Assembly (NCBI GenBank): GCA_964614975.1
Contig: CAZTOA010000002.1
Location: 1-56,603 of the forward strand
From: an uncultured Gammaproteobacteria bacterium
GTDB lineage: Bacteria; Patescibacteriota; Microgenomatia; UBA1406; HO2-37-13b
DNA length: 56,603 nt
Reading direction: 5' to 3'
Position numbers and translations under genes: made by a program. Within the stretch, counting starts at the first letter, position 1. Every line of letters starts with the position of its first letter. Shown one piece after another: positions 25,733 to 34,620 of the stretch. The notes beneath the pieces were generated by a model. It was not told where the DNA came from. It made no database searches and saw only the letters and a program-made list of their open reading frames with translations.

Positions 25733-26563
25733 TTAGGTGTGCTTGGGGCCAGCTTGTCTTACGGAGAGTTCATATACGCGCATGTAGCTTACCCAATATC
25801 TCAGAGAGGAAAAAAAGGAAAAGGCGAGACCAGGAAAACCGTCAACATATCCCCGATGACGGAAATAGGTAAGGAAGAACCAGTAAATTGGCCTCCAAAC
25901 GCATAAATCTAAAAACGTCAAAAGTGAAGGACGCATGCCCATTTTGTACCATTCATCTCCGTCATATTCGGAATATTGAGCCCATTTTCGGAAATATCCA
26001 ACTAAACTCCGATACGGAAAATGAAGAAGTGGATTTTGGAACTGGCCTATTTTTTCATTGAGGACTACATTGTCTTTCGTTGTACGAAAATCATCAATTT
26101 GGACTTGATCGTGGATTGTTTTGACAGGAAATTTTGCGTGATCTTTCTTGTAAAGGCGAATCGTGTAATCTGGATATTGCCCACCTTTTCTTAGGGGCTT
26201 ATTCATAAGGTGATTTAAGCGGGGAATCCAGAAGGCAACAGGACCAGATCCTGTCAGGGTGTGGCTCTGAATTTCTTTTGCTAGCTCTGGTGTGATAATT
26301 TCGTCTGCATCAAGCTCAAGCACCCATTCTCTTGTTGCCTTTTCAAGAGCCTTTTGCTTATTTATTATGAAATTTGGCGGATTATCTTCGCGAAAAACTT
26401 TCAGTTTTTTTTCTTTATCATTATCTTGCACTATCTTTACTGTTTCATCCGTCGACGCCGCATCTACCAATATTATTTCGTCGACGAGCTCATAAACAGA
26501 TTTTATTGTCTCGGCAATATATTCTTCTTCGTTATGCGCAACAATGATGAGTGAAATTGACAT
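25733..26563 (-). CDS. GT2-family glycosyltransferase
   Basis: SLIIVAHNEEEYI, VDAASTDET and LDADE (DxD) motifs. Confidence 0.85.
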   Translation of the reverse strand: MSISLIIVAHNEEEYIAETIKSVYELVDEIILVDAASTDETVKIVQDNDKEKKLKVFREDNPPNFIINKQKALEKATREWVLELDADEIITPELAKEIQSHTLTGSGPVAFWIPRLNHLMNKPLRKGGQYPDYTIRLYKKDHAKFPVKTIHDQVQIDDFRTTKDNVVLNEKIGQFQNPLLHFPYRSLVGYFRKWAQYSEYDGDEWYKMGMRPSLLTFLDLCVWRPIYWFFLTYFRHRGYVDGFPGLAFSFFSSLRYWVSYMRVYELSVRQAGPKHT

Positions 26564-26573
26564 AGATACATCA

Positions 26574-28391
26574 TTATTGTATCAAACCAGGGTGATGTCC
26601 GTTTGCGTGGGGGATAAGAGGAACAATCATACGTGCTCGGCCATTTTGATCCATTACAGTGTTTAAAACAATAGTTTTTCCATCTTTTAGATGATTGCTA
26701 AAAGTTGAATTTCGCATTATTGAGCGCATTCTATCGAATATTTCCCATATAGCATTATTCACATTATTTGTAGCAATAGGATTAATATCTTCACCATCTT
26801 TAAGCTGTGCTGCTCCAACAGCCTGATACCATATTGCACGAACATCTGGGGGTCTATAAGCCATCACTTCTTCGGAGTCCCAGTTAATATGTGAGAATAC
26901 ATCGAGTGCAACTGTTTGCAATTTTTGCCATTCAGCTTCGATCTTTTCACTTGAAGCATTAGGTATCAGATGTTTTACTACTGCCTGATTATCAATAAGC
27001 AATACGTCAGAAGGATCATCAGGAATTCCACCTGCTATACGAAAGTCTCGAATAAGACCATTCGCTCTTCTGATGTTATCAAGCACTTCGTTTTCACCCT
27101 CAAACGATGAGACGAGGAAATGGTCAATATTACCTGGGAAGGGGCCGTAAGCTCTTTCTGTAATTGCAATGACTCTTTCCTGGTGCTTATCGTACTTCCA
27201 TTTCTCATGATTTCTTCCGATAGACCAGCGAGTTACCATGTTCTTCATGAGTAATTTAGCTTTATGGTCAAGTATTTCTTCTTCCATACCATCTTCATCA
27301 TAGATAGCATGTAGTCTTTGCATAAGCATCCGGTAGATAGCTCCATTTCCACCATCGTAAAGATCGGTAAGGGCTTGCCAATTTTTTGCAACGCTCTCGG
27401 CATAATTGAGGCGGAAATTAGCCTTATGAGGTGCATGAGCTTCGAGTTCGGCGACTACCGCAGGTTCTTGTAATATACTCCAGGTATCAATGATCTTGCC
27501 TTCGCGGGCAAGTTGTTCACGAACTGCTGGTGTAAAACCTGTTTCTGGGTCAACATCATTAATGTAACGTTTAAGTCCCATTATTATGGTTCCTAGGTGA
27601 GGGTCGTATGAGAACATATCAGGTATAAGTTCTCCTACGGGTTTTCCAGCTTCTCTTAGTTCATCTGATATTCGTTGAAGTTCTATTGCGATCTTTTTCT
27701 TTCGTACGATATCTTCGTAAAGACCACCATCACCAACAGTGCTGCCGCCTTCTTTTGACATATCACCTCGGGCAGCGCAACCAACGTGGCTGTCAAGACC
27801 ATAATAAATAGTCTCACCTGGATATTGTTCCAACATCGCCTTAAGTCTTTTGTAATAGTCAGATTTTTTATCAAGTCGTACTTCATCGGAATTAAATTGT
27901 TGCTTGAATGCGGTTAAATCACCTGCTTGGGTACGTATAAAGCCTCCTTCTGAGTGCGGGACAAAAGTAAACATAATTGTTGGAATATTTCTTCCATCAA
28001 TGCAAGTGACCATAAAAAAATGATTACCTTCACCATGAAAAGCAAGTTTTTGTTCTCTGGCTTGTTGAAGTTCGGGAGTATCTAATTCGTTTCCTCGAAG
28101 ATAGCGTGAAGCGACATATCTTTCAGCAAACGTTTTAAACTTTCCGAGCTGTTCTGCTGGGATGACGTCGTCATAAAGTGAGAGAGTATATTCAAACTGG
28201 TGGGCTAAGCGATCATCAAGCTCATTGATAGATGGTAACTCAATTGAGTCTTCTTCTTCAGCGCTGTCTATGGTATCTGTCGGTAAATGACTATATACAA
28301 GTGCATCTGATGCAAGAGTGACGCGACTACCAGTATCAATTTGAATAGGACCTCTAATTTCTGCTGCCATATTGTTACTATTATTTTTCAT
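26574..28391 (-). CDS. Large orphan cytoplasmic protein with beta-carbonic-anhydrase-like CxDxR / HxxC signature
   Basis: 605 aa. VTCIDGR (Cys codon at 28002-28004) and DSHVGCAA about 72 residues later. First gene of a four-gene operon with GT2, GT4 and a small membrane protein. Confidence 0.55.
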   Translation of the reverse strand: MKNNSNNMAAEIRGPIQIDTGSRVTLASDALVYSHLPTDTIDSAEEEDSIELPSINELDDRLAHQFEYTLSLYDDVIPAEQLGKFKTFAERYVASRYLRGNELDTPELQQAREQKLAFHGEGNHFFMVTCIDGRNIPTIMFTFVPHSEGGFIRTQAGDLTAFKQQFNSDEVRLDKKSDYYKRLKAMLEQYPGETIYYGLDSHVGCAARGDMSKEGGSTVGDGGLYEDIVRKKKIAIELQRISDELREAGKPVGELIPDMFSYDPHLGTIIMGLKRYINDVDPETGFTPAVREQLAREGKIIDTWSILQEPAVVAELEAHAPHKANFRLNYAESVAKNWQALTDLYDGGNGAIYRMLMQRLHAIYDEDGMEEEILDHKAKLLMKNMVTRWSIGRNHEKWKYDKHQERVIAITERAYGPFPGNIDHFLVSSFEGENEVLDNIRRANGLIRDFRIAGGIPDDPSDVLLIDNQAVVKHLIPNASSEKIEAEWQKLQTVALDVFSHINWDSEEVMAYRPPDVRAIWYQAVGAAQLKDGEDINPIATNNVNNAIWEIFDRMRSIMRNSTFSNHLKDGKTIVLNTVMDQNGRARMIVPLIPHANGHHPGLIQ

Positions 28392-28462
28392 GTATCGATC
28401 TGAATATGAGCGAGTACAAATAGCTAATAAATCGAAGATGAAATTATAGCATAATAAATCCT

Positions 28463-29773
28463 ATGTCGACAATACGAATGTACCCAGGAGAAGCAGGATT
28501 CCTTCGAATGAAAAGATTGTATCGTCAATATAAAGAAGAATATAAACCCCGATTCAAGATTATTCATATTGCAGGAACTTCTGGAAAGGGGTCGACTGTG
28601 CTAATGACGGCAAAAATTTTACAAGCTTTGGGGCTTAAGGTAGGTGTTTTCGTAACACCATATTTATACGAGATTAGCGAAAATATTCAGATAGATGGGG
28701 GATTTATTAAGTCGCGCGCAAATGCGAGAGCAATGAAGGCTGTAGAAAAATTGGTAGGCGGAATTGAAGTGCCTGAGATTGGTGAGGTTACATATTTTGA
28801 GAAATTGACAATGAGAGCCCTTGTTTATTTTGCTGAAGAAAATGTTGATGTTGCGGTTATTGAGACTGCAATGGGTGGACTTTATGATGCGACAAATGTT
28901 GTAGAAAGTGATGTTAGTGTTATTACGCCGATCAGTATTGATCATGCACGGTTGTTGGGGAATAATCGCCATGAAGTAGCCGCGCATAAAGCGGGAATTA
29001 TTAAAAAAAGCAATAAGAAAGTTGTCGTCGGGCGTCAATTTGAGGATGCACAAACTGTAATTCGAGAGGCAGCAGCAAAAAACAATGTGCAGACAAGTTT
29101 CTTGGGAAGAGATTTTGAGGTGGATAATGTTGCGATACATGAGCAGGGAACTGCGTTTTCGTATCGCGGCTATGGTGAAGAAGGAAACGCGCGCATAGAG
29201 AACGTGCGTGTATCGCTTATCGGCGCGCATCAAGCAGATAATGCTGCTGTTGCAATTACAGCCGCCCGAGCTTTGCTCGGGCATTCATATTCATACGACA
29301 AATTTTTAAAAGCTGTTAAAAAAGCATTAAAAAAGGTCCAGAATCCTGGCAGGTTTGATATAGTGCGCCACAAAAATAAAACGATTATTCTCGATGTGGC
29401 GCATAATCCAGAGAAAATCACCTCAGTCATTACTACCTTTCAAACGCTATATCCAGGCAAAAAAGTAGCACTCATCTTTTCGTGCAAATGGACAAAGGAT
29501 GCGGCGACAATGGCGAAAATCTTGAAACCAATAACAAGTAGGGTTTTCCTGACTCAGTTTCAGGATAAAAATAATCCCGACAACAATAGAGTTATGAGTA
29601 AAGATGAGCTAATTCTTATTTTTGATAAACTAGATTTGAATCCAATCTGGTGTGAAAGCCCGCACGATGCTTTAGAAAATGCACTGAAAACACCTGAAGA
29701 CTTTATCTTAATCACCGGATCCTTTCATCTATTAAGAGAAATTAATCTCGCTTTCTTGTGTAGACAAGTATAA
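28463..29773 (+). CDS. folC: Folylpolyglutamate synthase / dihydrofolate synthase (Mur-ligase family)
   Basis: HIAGTSGKGST P-loop and Mur-ligase middle/C-terminal pattern. CATAAT 7 nt from the ATG. Confidence 0.85.
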   Translation: MSTIRMYPGEAGFLRMKRLYRQYKEEYKPRFKIIHIAGTSGKGSTVLMTAKILQALGLKVGVFVTPYLYEISENIQIDGGFIKSRANARAMKAVEKLVGGIEVPEIGEVTYFEKLTMRALVYFAEENVDVAVIETAMGGLYDATNVVESDVSVITPISIDHARLLGNNRHEVAAHKAGIIKKSNKKVVVGRQFEDAQTVIREAAAKNNVQTSFLGRDFEVDNVAIHEQGTAFSYRGYGEEGNARIENVRVSLIGAHQADNAAVAITAARALLGHSYSYDKFLKAVKKALKKVQNPGRFDIVRHKNKTIILDVAHNPEKITSVITTFQTLYPGKKVALIFSCKWTKDAATMAKILKPITSRVFLTQFQDKNNPDNNRVMSKDELILIFDKLDLNPIWCESPHDALENALKTPEDFILITGSFHLLREINLAFLCRQV

Positions 29774-29839
29774 GGACGATTAAGAGAAAAATCCCATAAC
29801 CTATGTATACAAGAAGTTGGGTGTTTATTTGTGCCACAT

Positions 29840-30046
29840 TCATAATACTTTCTCACTAATTCTTTCTAACCTTAGTGATATCCAAATTCCTGAAATCGAC
29901 AACAAGATGCCAACGATAGTTCTACTATTAATATTACCATTTAGAAAAATTGGCGGAAATATTATGGAGCCAACACAGAGTTGATTAATGTCATCAATGA
30001 TACTTGCGAACCTACTTACTTGTTTTTGTGTGAATACGCTTCTCAT
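29840..30046 (-). CDS. Small membrane protein
   Basis: 68 aa with two hydrophobic segments. No homology recognised. Confidence 0.35.
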   Translation of the reverse strand: MRSVFTQKQVSRFASIIDDINQLCVGSIIFPPIFLNGNINSRTIVGILLSISGIWISLRLERISEKVL

Positions 30047-30081
30047 GAAAGTAAGGATATCATGTAAAGATTAAATACTTA

Positions 30082-31044
30082 TTAAAGAACAGGGTAGGCA
30101 GCTTTGAAAGATGCGAAAGAAACAGGCTTTTTACCCTCAAGTTGGATCTGTATGATTATTGGATCGCTTTCATTGAAGGACATTTCAATAATTTTAAGCC
30201 GCTTTTTTACGTCATCAATCACAACTTCTGTCCATATTCCTGGCCATGGTGAAAGACTGCGATACATGTTCCAAAGGAGTTGTTTTCCATGCGGAACTTC
30301 CCAAGAAAAAGATGAATTTTTTTCTAAGAAAGTCTTAATAATCTCAGGAAATTCATTGATGGTTAATATTTCATCGTTCAAGAGTTTTACTAAAACTTCA
30401 TAAGAAATATATCCGCTTTCCCGCGAAAGCAATTGCGTAAAAGTTTTTTTATTTTCATCTTGAACAGTGGAAACCAGAGTATTTGTAGCAATTTTTTTAA
30501 CACTTTTAAAAAGTATATAGTAACTCATCTGGGCCATTTTAGTTAATAGTTCGTTGTGTAATATATCAGGAGAAATAGCCATTTTTTCTTCTGCAATTAT
30601 CGCTCCGTGATCCATTTTTGCATCCATTTGAATAAGACTAATTGCACTTTCTCTGTCGCCCAAAAGTAGAGGGAAGACGACTGGCGAAGGTCCACGATAT
30701 AGCGGGAGTGCAGAAGGGTGTACATTCCAGAAGCCATACTTTGGGGCTCTGAGAAGATCCGATTTTATTAGGTGTCCATACGCAAAAACAAGGGCAATAT
30801 CGCATCTGTTAAGTATTTCTTGAACATCATCTGTTACTTCGTCAAAGACAGTGATGTTATTTTCTAATGCAAATTGTTTTACAGGACATGGAGTTATTTT
30901 TTGATCACGGCCTACCGGTTTGTCGGGTTGAGTAACAGTACACACTACTTCAAATGTATCTTTTCCTTCATCAACAATTTTCTTTAATAATTCTACAGAA
31001 AATATGGGAGATCCAAAGTAGGCGAGCTTTATTTTATTGCTCAT
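30082..31044 (-). CDS. fmt: Methionyl-tRNA formyltransferase
   Basis: YFGSPIFSV N-terminus and WNVHPSALPLYRGPSP catalytic motif. 8 nt downstream of tyrS. Confidence 0.9.
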   Translation of the reverse strand: MSNKIKLAYFGSPIFSVELLKKIVDEGKDTFEVVCTVTQPDKPVGRDQKITPCPVKQFALENNITVFDEVTDDVQEILNRCDIALVFAYGHLIKSDLLRAPKYGFWNVHPSALPLYRGPSPVVFPLLLGDRESAISLIQMDAKMDHGAIIAEEKMAISPDILHNELLTKMAQMSYYILFKSVKKIATNTLVSTVQDENKKTFTQLLSRESGYISYEVLVKLLNDEILTINEFPEIIKTFLEKNSSFSWEVPHGKQLLWNMYRSLSPWPGIWTEVVIDDVKKRLKIIEMSFNESDPIIIQIQLEGKKPVSFASFKAAYPVL

Positions 31045-31052
31045 AGGTAGTT

Positions 31053-32129
31053 TTAACGAGTGATTTTGTAAGACGAAACCTTTTCGAGCAATGCTTTTGC
31101 TTCTGAATTTTCTTCAAAATGAGCGCGAACAGGTTGAAGTAGTTGGTCAAGAAGTTCTACGACGGCCATTTTTAAATCCATTGGGTGGATTTCTTTCTGA
31201 CCAAATGCAGTTTCTAGCTCAGAATATGTGGAAAAAGTAATATCGCCACCAAATTGTTCAGGTCGTTTTATAGTTATTGAAGGGAACTTCTCGAACAAAA
31301 TGTATTTACAATATTCAAGAATAGGGTTTTCTTCGGTAATACCTTCTGGACACCACGCTTTTGTTATCTTTCTTTCGATATCTGCACGTGTATCAGTCAT
31401 AAAAATAGCTGTATCAGGTTTAGACTTTGACATTTTGAGATCGATAGCTCGCTCCTTTGCATCAGTCGCATCAGTTGTTGGTTTTCCAAGCCCAAGAAGC
31501 ATATGATTACTTACGACAACCGGTTTCCAGTAGCCAACTTCTTCTCCAATTTGACGCGCAAGCATATTTACTTTTCTCTGATCCATGCCGAGTTGGGTTA
31601 CGTTAGCACCTAACATAAAAATGTCGGCAGTTTGCATGATCGGGTAGAGAATCTGCGCTGCAGAAAGGGCATCTTTATCATCGCGACCCATTATCTGTGT
31701 TGTGCGAAGCACGCGATTGAGACTCACTTGGGTCGCAATTTTCATGACGAGTTCCCAATATTCAGGTTTGTGAACCATTTCACTTGCCCAGAGAAACTCG
31801 ACATGATCAAGATCCATACCACAAGCTTTCCAGACTTCAATAAAGTATTTTCCTGTAGTTTGGATTTTCTCAAGATCTCCGCCTAACTTATTATTCAGAT
31901 ATGCATGCCAGTCGGCTACCCACATTTTAAAGGTAAAGCCTGCCTTCGTCATTTTATTGATATTTATTGTGCGGAGAATACCTTGAGCGATATGCATTTG
32001 GCCAGATGGCTCAAATCCATCATATGCGATAAGCGGTTTTCCGCTCTCTAATAACGCGCGCAGGTCGTCTCCAGTATTTATCTCTTCGCCGACCTGCTCA
32101 ATTAATTGTATTTTTTCATCTGTGGTCAT
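31053..32129 (-). CDS. tyrS: Tyrosyl-tRNA synthetase, archaeal/eukaryal type
   Basis: AYDGFEPSGQMHIAQG, YPIMQTADI, KMSKSKP and the C-terminal RPEQFGGDITF...HPMDLK align by eye along the whole length with Methanocaldococcus-type TyrRS. Confidence 0.8.
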   Translation of the reverse strand: MTTDEKIQLIEQVGEEINTGDDLRALLESGKPLIAYDGFEPSGQMHIAQGILRTININKMTKAGFTFKMWVADWHAYLNNKLGGDLEKIQTTGKYFIEVWKACGMDLDHVEFLWASEMVHKPEYWELVMKIATQVSLNRVLRTTQIMGRDDKDALSAAQILYPIMQTADIFMLGANVTQLGMDQRKVNMLARQIGEEVGYWKPVVVSNHMLLGLGKPTTDATDAKERAIDLKMSKSKPDTAIFMTDTRADIERKITKAWCPEGITEENPILEYCKYILFEKFPSITIKRPEQFGGDITFSTYSELETAFGQKEIHPMDLKMAVVELLDQLLQPVRAHFEENSEAKALLEKVSSYKITR

Positions 32130-32278
32130 AGTGATACTTTATTTCGTGCTTTCTTTTTAAGGTCATCGTGTATGTTTCTTTTTACAAGCTCACCATAAAT
32201 GAGAACTAACAATAAAAGTATAAGCGCAATACCAATTCGGAAACTAGCTTCCTCAAAAAATTTAGATATATCTATCAT
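32126..32278 (-). CDS. 50-aa single-TM peptide translationally coupled to tyrS
   Basis: Hand translation: MIDISKFFEEASFRIGIALILLLLVLIYGELVKRNIHDDLKKKARNKVSL. Its TGA overlaps the tyrS ATG (ATGA). Below the ORF-track cutoff. Confidence 0.35.
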   Translation of the reverse strand: MIDISKFFEEASFRIGIALILLLLVLIYGELVKRNIHDDLKKKARNKVSL

Positions 32279-32453
32279 AAGCATACTTATGTTCAATTAT
32301 AACAGCTAGCAAGTACAAAACAGATATAACAGCAGATTGTATAGCGAGCGCACTGCCACTGTGTATGGTTGTCAAACCAAGGACTAGTGTCGCCACAATT
32401 CCCGTGAATATATCTTTTACGATATGTAGATGGGCTAAAGTTGTAATGTTCAT
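32262..32453 (-). CDS. Small two-helix membrane protein
   Basis: 63 aa, hydrophobic. Overlaps the start of the 50-aa ORF. Confidence 0.4.
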   Translation of the reverse strand: MNITTLAHLHIVKDIFTGIVATLVLGLTTIHSGSALAIQSAVISVLYLLAVIIEHKYAYDRYI

Positions 32454-32507
32454 AAGGAAATAATCTCACATGAATATTAAAAGAACATTATCGACTTGGG
32501 AGATTCC

Positions 32508-32987
32508 CTATTCTACTTTTAACGTTTTCAAGATTAGCTCTGTAAGATTCGAGGATGCATTAAACGAAATTACTTGTCGAGTTTTTGTGTTTTTTATTTC
32601 CCACGTACTCACACCTTCTTTTTTAACCATTGGCGTAATGGTATCCGCAACAGCGCCAATTTTCGCAGAATTTGAGGCTATTTTTGCGCATGTTATTTCG
32701 ATCAGTTGATTACCGTCACTAAGTTTTGCTGCTTCGCTTGCATTCTTTTCAACGCCTAATGTCGCTGGATAATTAAACGAAACACCACATGGATGTGTGA
32801 ATGTTTTCAGGACCAACGGAACTGGTGTTGCTGTGGGAATGTATTCTGTGGGAAAAGGAATTCTTGTTGGAGGAACGTACGATTTATCGGTTTTTTCTAC
32901 AAATCTACCGAGTCGGAATCCGCCTAAAAATATGACGAGGAAAGTCAGCGAACCAAAGACTAATAATGAACGCGAGGAGAGTTTCAT
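32508..32987 (-). CDS. Secreted/anchored hypothetical protein
   Basis: Start moved to MKLSSRSLLVFG... (ATG at 32987) because TATACT (32995-33000) sits 7 nt upstream. Signal/anchor helix. Confidence 0.5.
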   Translation of the reverse strand: MKLSSRSLLVFGSLTFLVIFLGGFRLGRFVEKTDKSYVPPTRIPFPTEYIPTATPVPLVLKTFTHPCGVSFNYPATLGVEKNASEAAKLSDGNQLIEITCAKIASNSAKIGAVADTITPMVKKEGVSTWEIKNTKTRQVISFNASSNLTELILKTLKVE

Positions 32988-33025
32988 ACCGAATAGTATA
33001 CACACTTAGTTCAAGCCGAGTCGTA

Positions 33026-34483
33026 TTATTGAGAAATGTATTTCTGATGATCTGCTTTAACAGTAATCCACATCCACTGATTTGTATTTCCGTCAACTCC
33101 TTGTTTATTGCAGGTGAGGACATAATATCCATCGAAGCCAGGTATAACACGGATTTGGTAGTTTACCGGGCTTGCTCCTTCGCTGTCAAGTAATTCCACG
33201 TCTGTAATTACTCCGTTCAATGTATTTCCGTCTTCTGCGTCTAGGACTAGCTTAGTTCCTGCTAATTTTGCAACATTTTCATCACCAAGTTCGTTTGCTC
33301 TTCTTGATATATCTGCGAAAGGGCCCTCTTGTTTTTTCCAAGTTTGATGTGCTTGGACTACGGGTACTTCACTGACGTTAACGATGGTAAGTCCATTAAT
33401 TGTTTGTGGTGCAAGCTCTTCTCCAGGTTCTACTTCGGAATAATCCTGAGTATTTTCTATGCCGACAGGTTTTTGATAGGTATATGAGGTGCCATCAGTA
33501 TATTCAACAGAGAGTTGCATGCTTCCTTTCATCTCCGATAAGTTGGGGGCTTCTGGATTGGTAGATCCAGTTTGCGGTGCGGGATATTGTGCTGAATCTG
33601 GAGTTGCGGTAGGTGCTGTGCGCGCAAGTTGGGTAAAGTAGCGTTGTTCTGCACGGACTTGATCACCAGATTGTCCAGTATATACACTCACATCGCGAGC
33701 GATTGGGTTTGGCTTCGGCAAGTCTAATGTGGGAAGATCGTTATTGGCATGAGTTAGTCGATAAACACCAAACAAAGCGACACCCAATAAGGCAACGTTG
33801 AATGCTTTTCCAGCTAACTCTTTTGCTTTCCCAAGTCCGAATCTTGATCTTCTTTGTGGGGGTGTTGCTACAATTTGTACTGGTTCCGCAACTGGTTCAA
33901 AAAGACCAAGATCTAAAGTTGGAACTATTTCAATAGGCTCAAGAGTAGCAAGAGCAGGGTCGATACTACCAACAGTTTCAATTGGAACTAAAGGTTCCTC
34001 TGGTGGAAGTTCAGCAATTGTGGCTTTTTTTTGGAAGAGTTTCGCTCTACCTTCAGGATTAAATCGATTACGAATCTTAAAAATAGCCGATTGTTTCATT
34101 TTATATGCAGCGGTTTTGTTATAGCCACTTTCTACGAGTTGTTGATAATACGCATCAACTTGAGCCAAGAGACTTTCTTTGTCCAAGCTTTCGGCATTAG
34201 TGGCATACAAAGCGTCCACATATGATTGGGAAACGGCTTTCGCTTCTTCAGTAAGAACCTGAACATGACGCTTGGTTTTTCTTTTTACTTTAATGCGGAG
34301 CAAATCATTACCATTTGCATTTTCAGTGAAGGCTTCTTGGAGAATTTCGTATGGAGAAAGTGGGGTAGGAGCTGCTTCAACGATAGGTTCAGCAGACACA
34401 ACAAAATTATTGCGATTATTAAAAGCTGTCTCTCCGGTTATTTCATCACCTAATCCTAATTCTGATGCTGTTAATCGATACAT
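33026..34483 (-). CDS. Hypothetical protein with central TM helix and C-terminal extracytoplasmic domain
   Basis: 485 aa. TM segment AFNVALLGVALFGVYRL. The C-terminal domain has a VLTC motif (see rejected sortase idea). Confidence 0.5.
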   Translation of the reverse strand: MYRLTASELGLGDEITGETAFNNRNNFVVSAEPIVEAAPTPLSPYEILQEAFTENANGNDLLRIKVKRKTKRHVQVLTEEAKAVSQSYVDALYATNAESLDKESLLAQVDAYYQQLVESGYNKTAAYKMKQSAIFKIRNRFNPEGRAKLFQKKATIAELPPEEPLVPIETVGSIDPALATLEPIEIVPTLDLGLFEPVAEPVQIVATPPQRRSRFGLGKAKELAGKAFNVALLGVALFGVYRLTHANNDLPTLDLPKPNPIARDVSVYTGQSGDQVRAEQRYFTQLARTAPTATPDSAQYPAPQTGSTNPEAPNLSEMKGSMQLSVEYTDGTSYTYQKPVGIENTQDYSEVEPGEELAPQTINGLTIVNVSEVPVVQAHQTWKKQEGPFADISRRANELGDENVAKLAGTKLVLDAEDGNTLNGVITDVELLDSEGASPVNYQIRVIPGFDGYYVLTCNKQGVDGNTNQWMWITVKADHQKYISQ

Positions 34484-34542
34484 ATTGCTTGGAAATTATA
34501 TTCTTTGCTCCTGCACACATTTATATATATGCATAAGCAAAG

Positions 34543-34555
34543 AGGAGAGAGTTGA
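34543..34555. repeat. Left terminal inverted repeat AGGAGAGAGTTGA of cassette 7
   Basis: Perfect reverse complement of 35818-35830 (TCAACTCTCTCCT). 15/16 if extended by 3 nt. Confidence 0.7.
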
Positions 34556-34564
34556 GATCTGGCC

Positions 34565-34603
34565 CAGGGGGCCCGGGTGGCTCGCGCCAACCCGGACCCC
34601 CTG
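34565..34603 (-). terminator. GC-rich hairpin ending cassette 7
   Basis: CAGGGGGCCCGGGT / ACCCGGACCCCCTG (14 bp, one mismatch), 18 nt after the stop codon. Confidence 0.6.
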
Positions 34604-34620
34604 ACCAGCGCATCCGACGC

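Noticed and set aside
28664-29284. Long antisense ORFs inside well-supported genes (also 13136-13558, 25075-25617, 49343-49849, 53294-53803, 55758-56168)
   Set aside because: They are fully embedded opposite conserved enzymes, have low-complexity Ser/Ile/Phe-rich composition, and have no independent start signals.
33026-34483. The C-terminal domain as a sortase that would process the adjacent cassette 7 surface protein
   Set aside because: VLTC and an upstream His are reminiscent of the sortase TLxTC/His. However, no Arg follows the Cys at the expected distance, and the cassette protein has no LPxTG/LAxTG-type motif. The evidence is too weak to call.
3706-34560. AGATCT (BglII) sites next to start codons or cassette ends (3706, 7180, 34555) as cloning scars indicating an engineered construct
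   Set aside because: A 6-bp palindrome is expected roughly a dozen times in 56 kb, and it also occurs at unrelated places (for example 39989). It is not evidence by itself. Engineering or assembly artefact still has to be excluded by read support.
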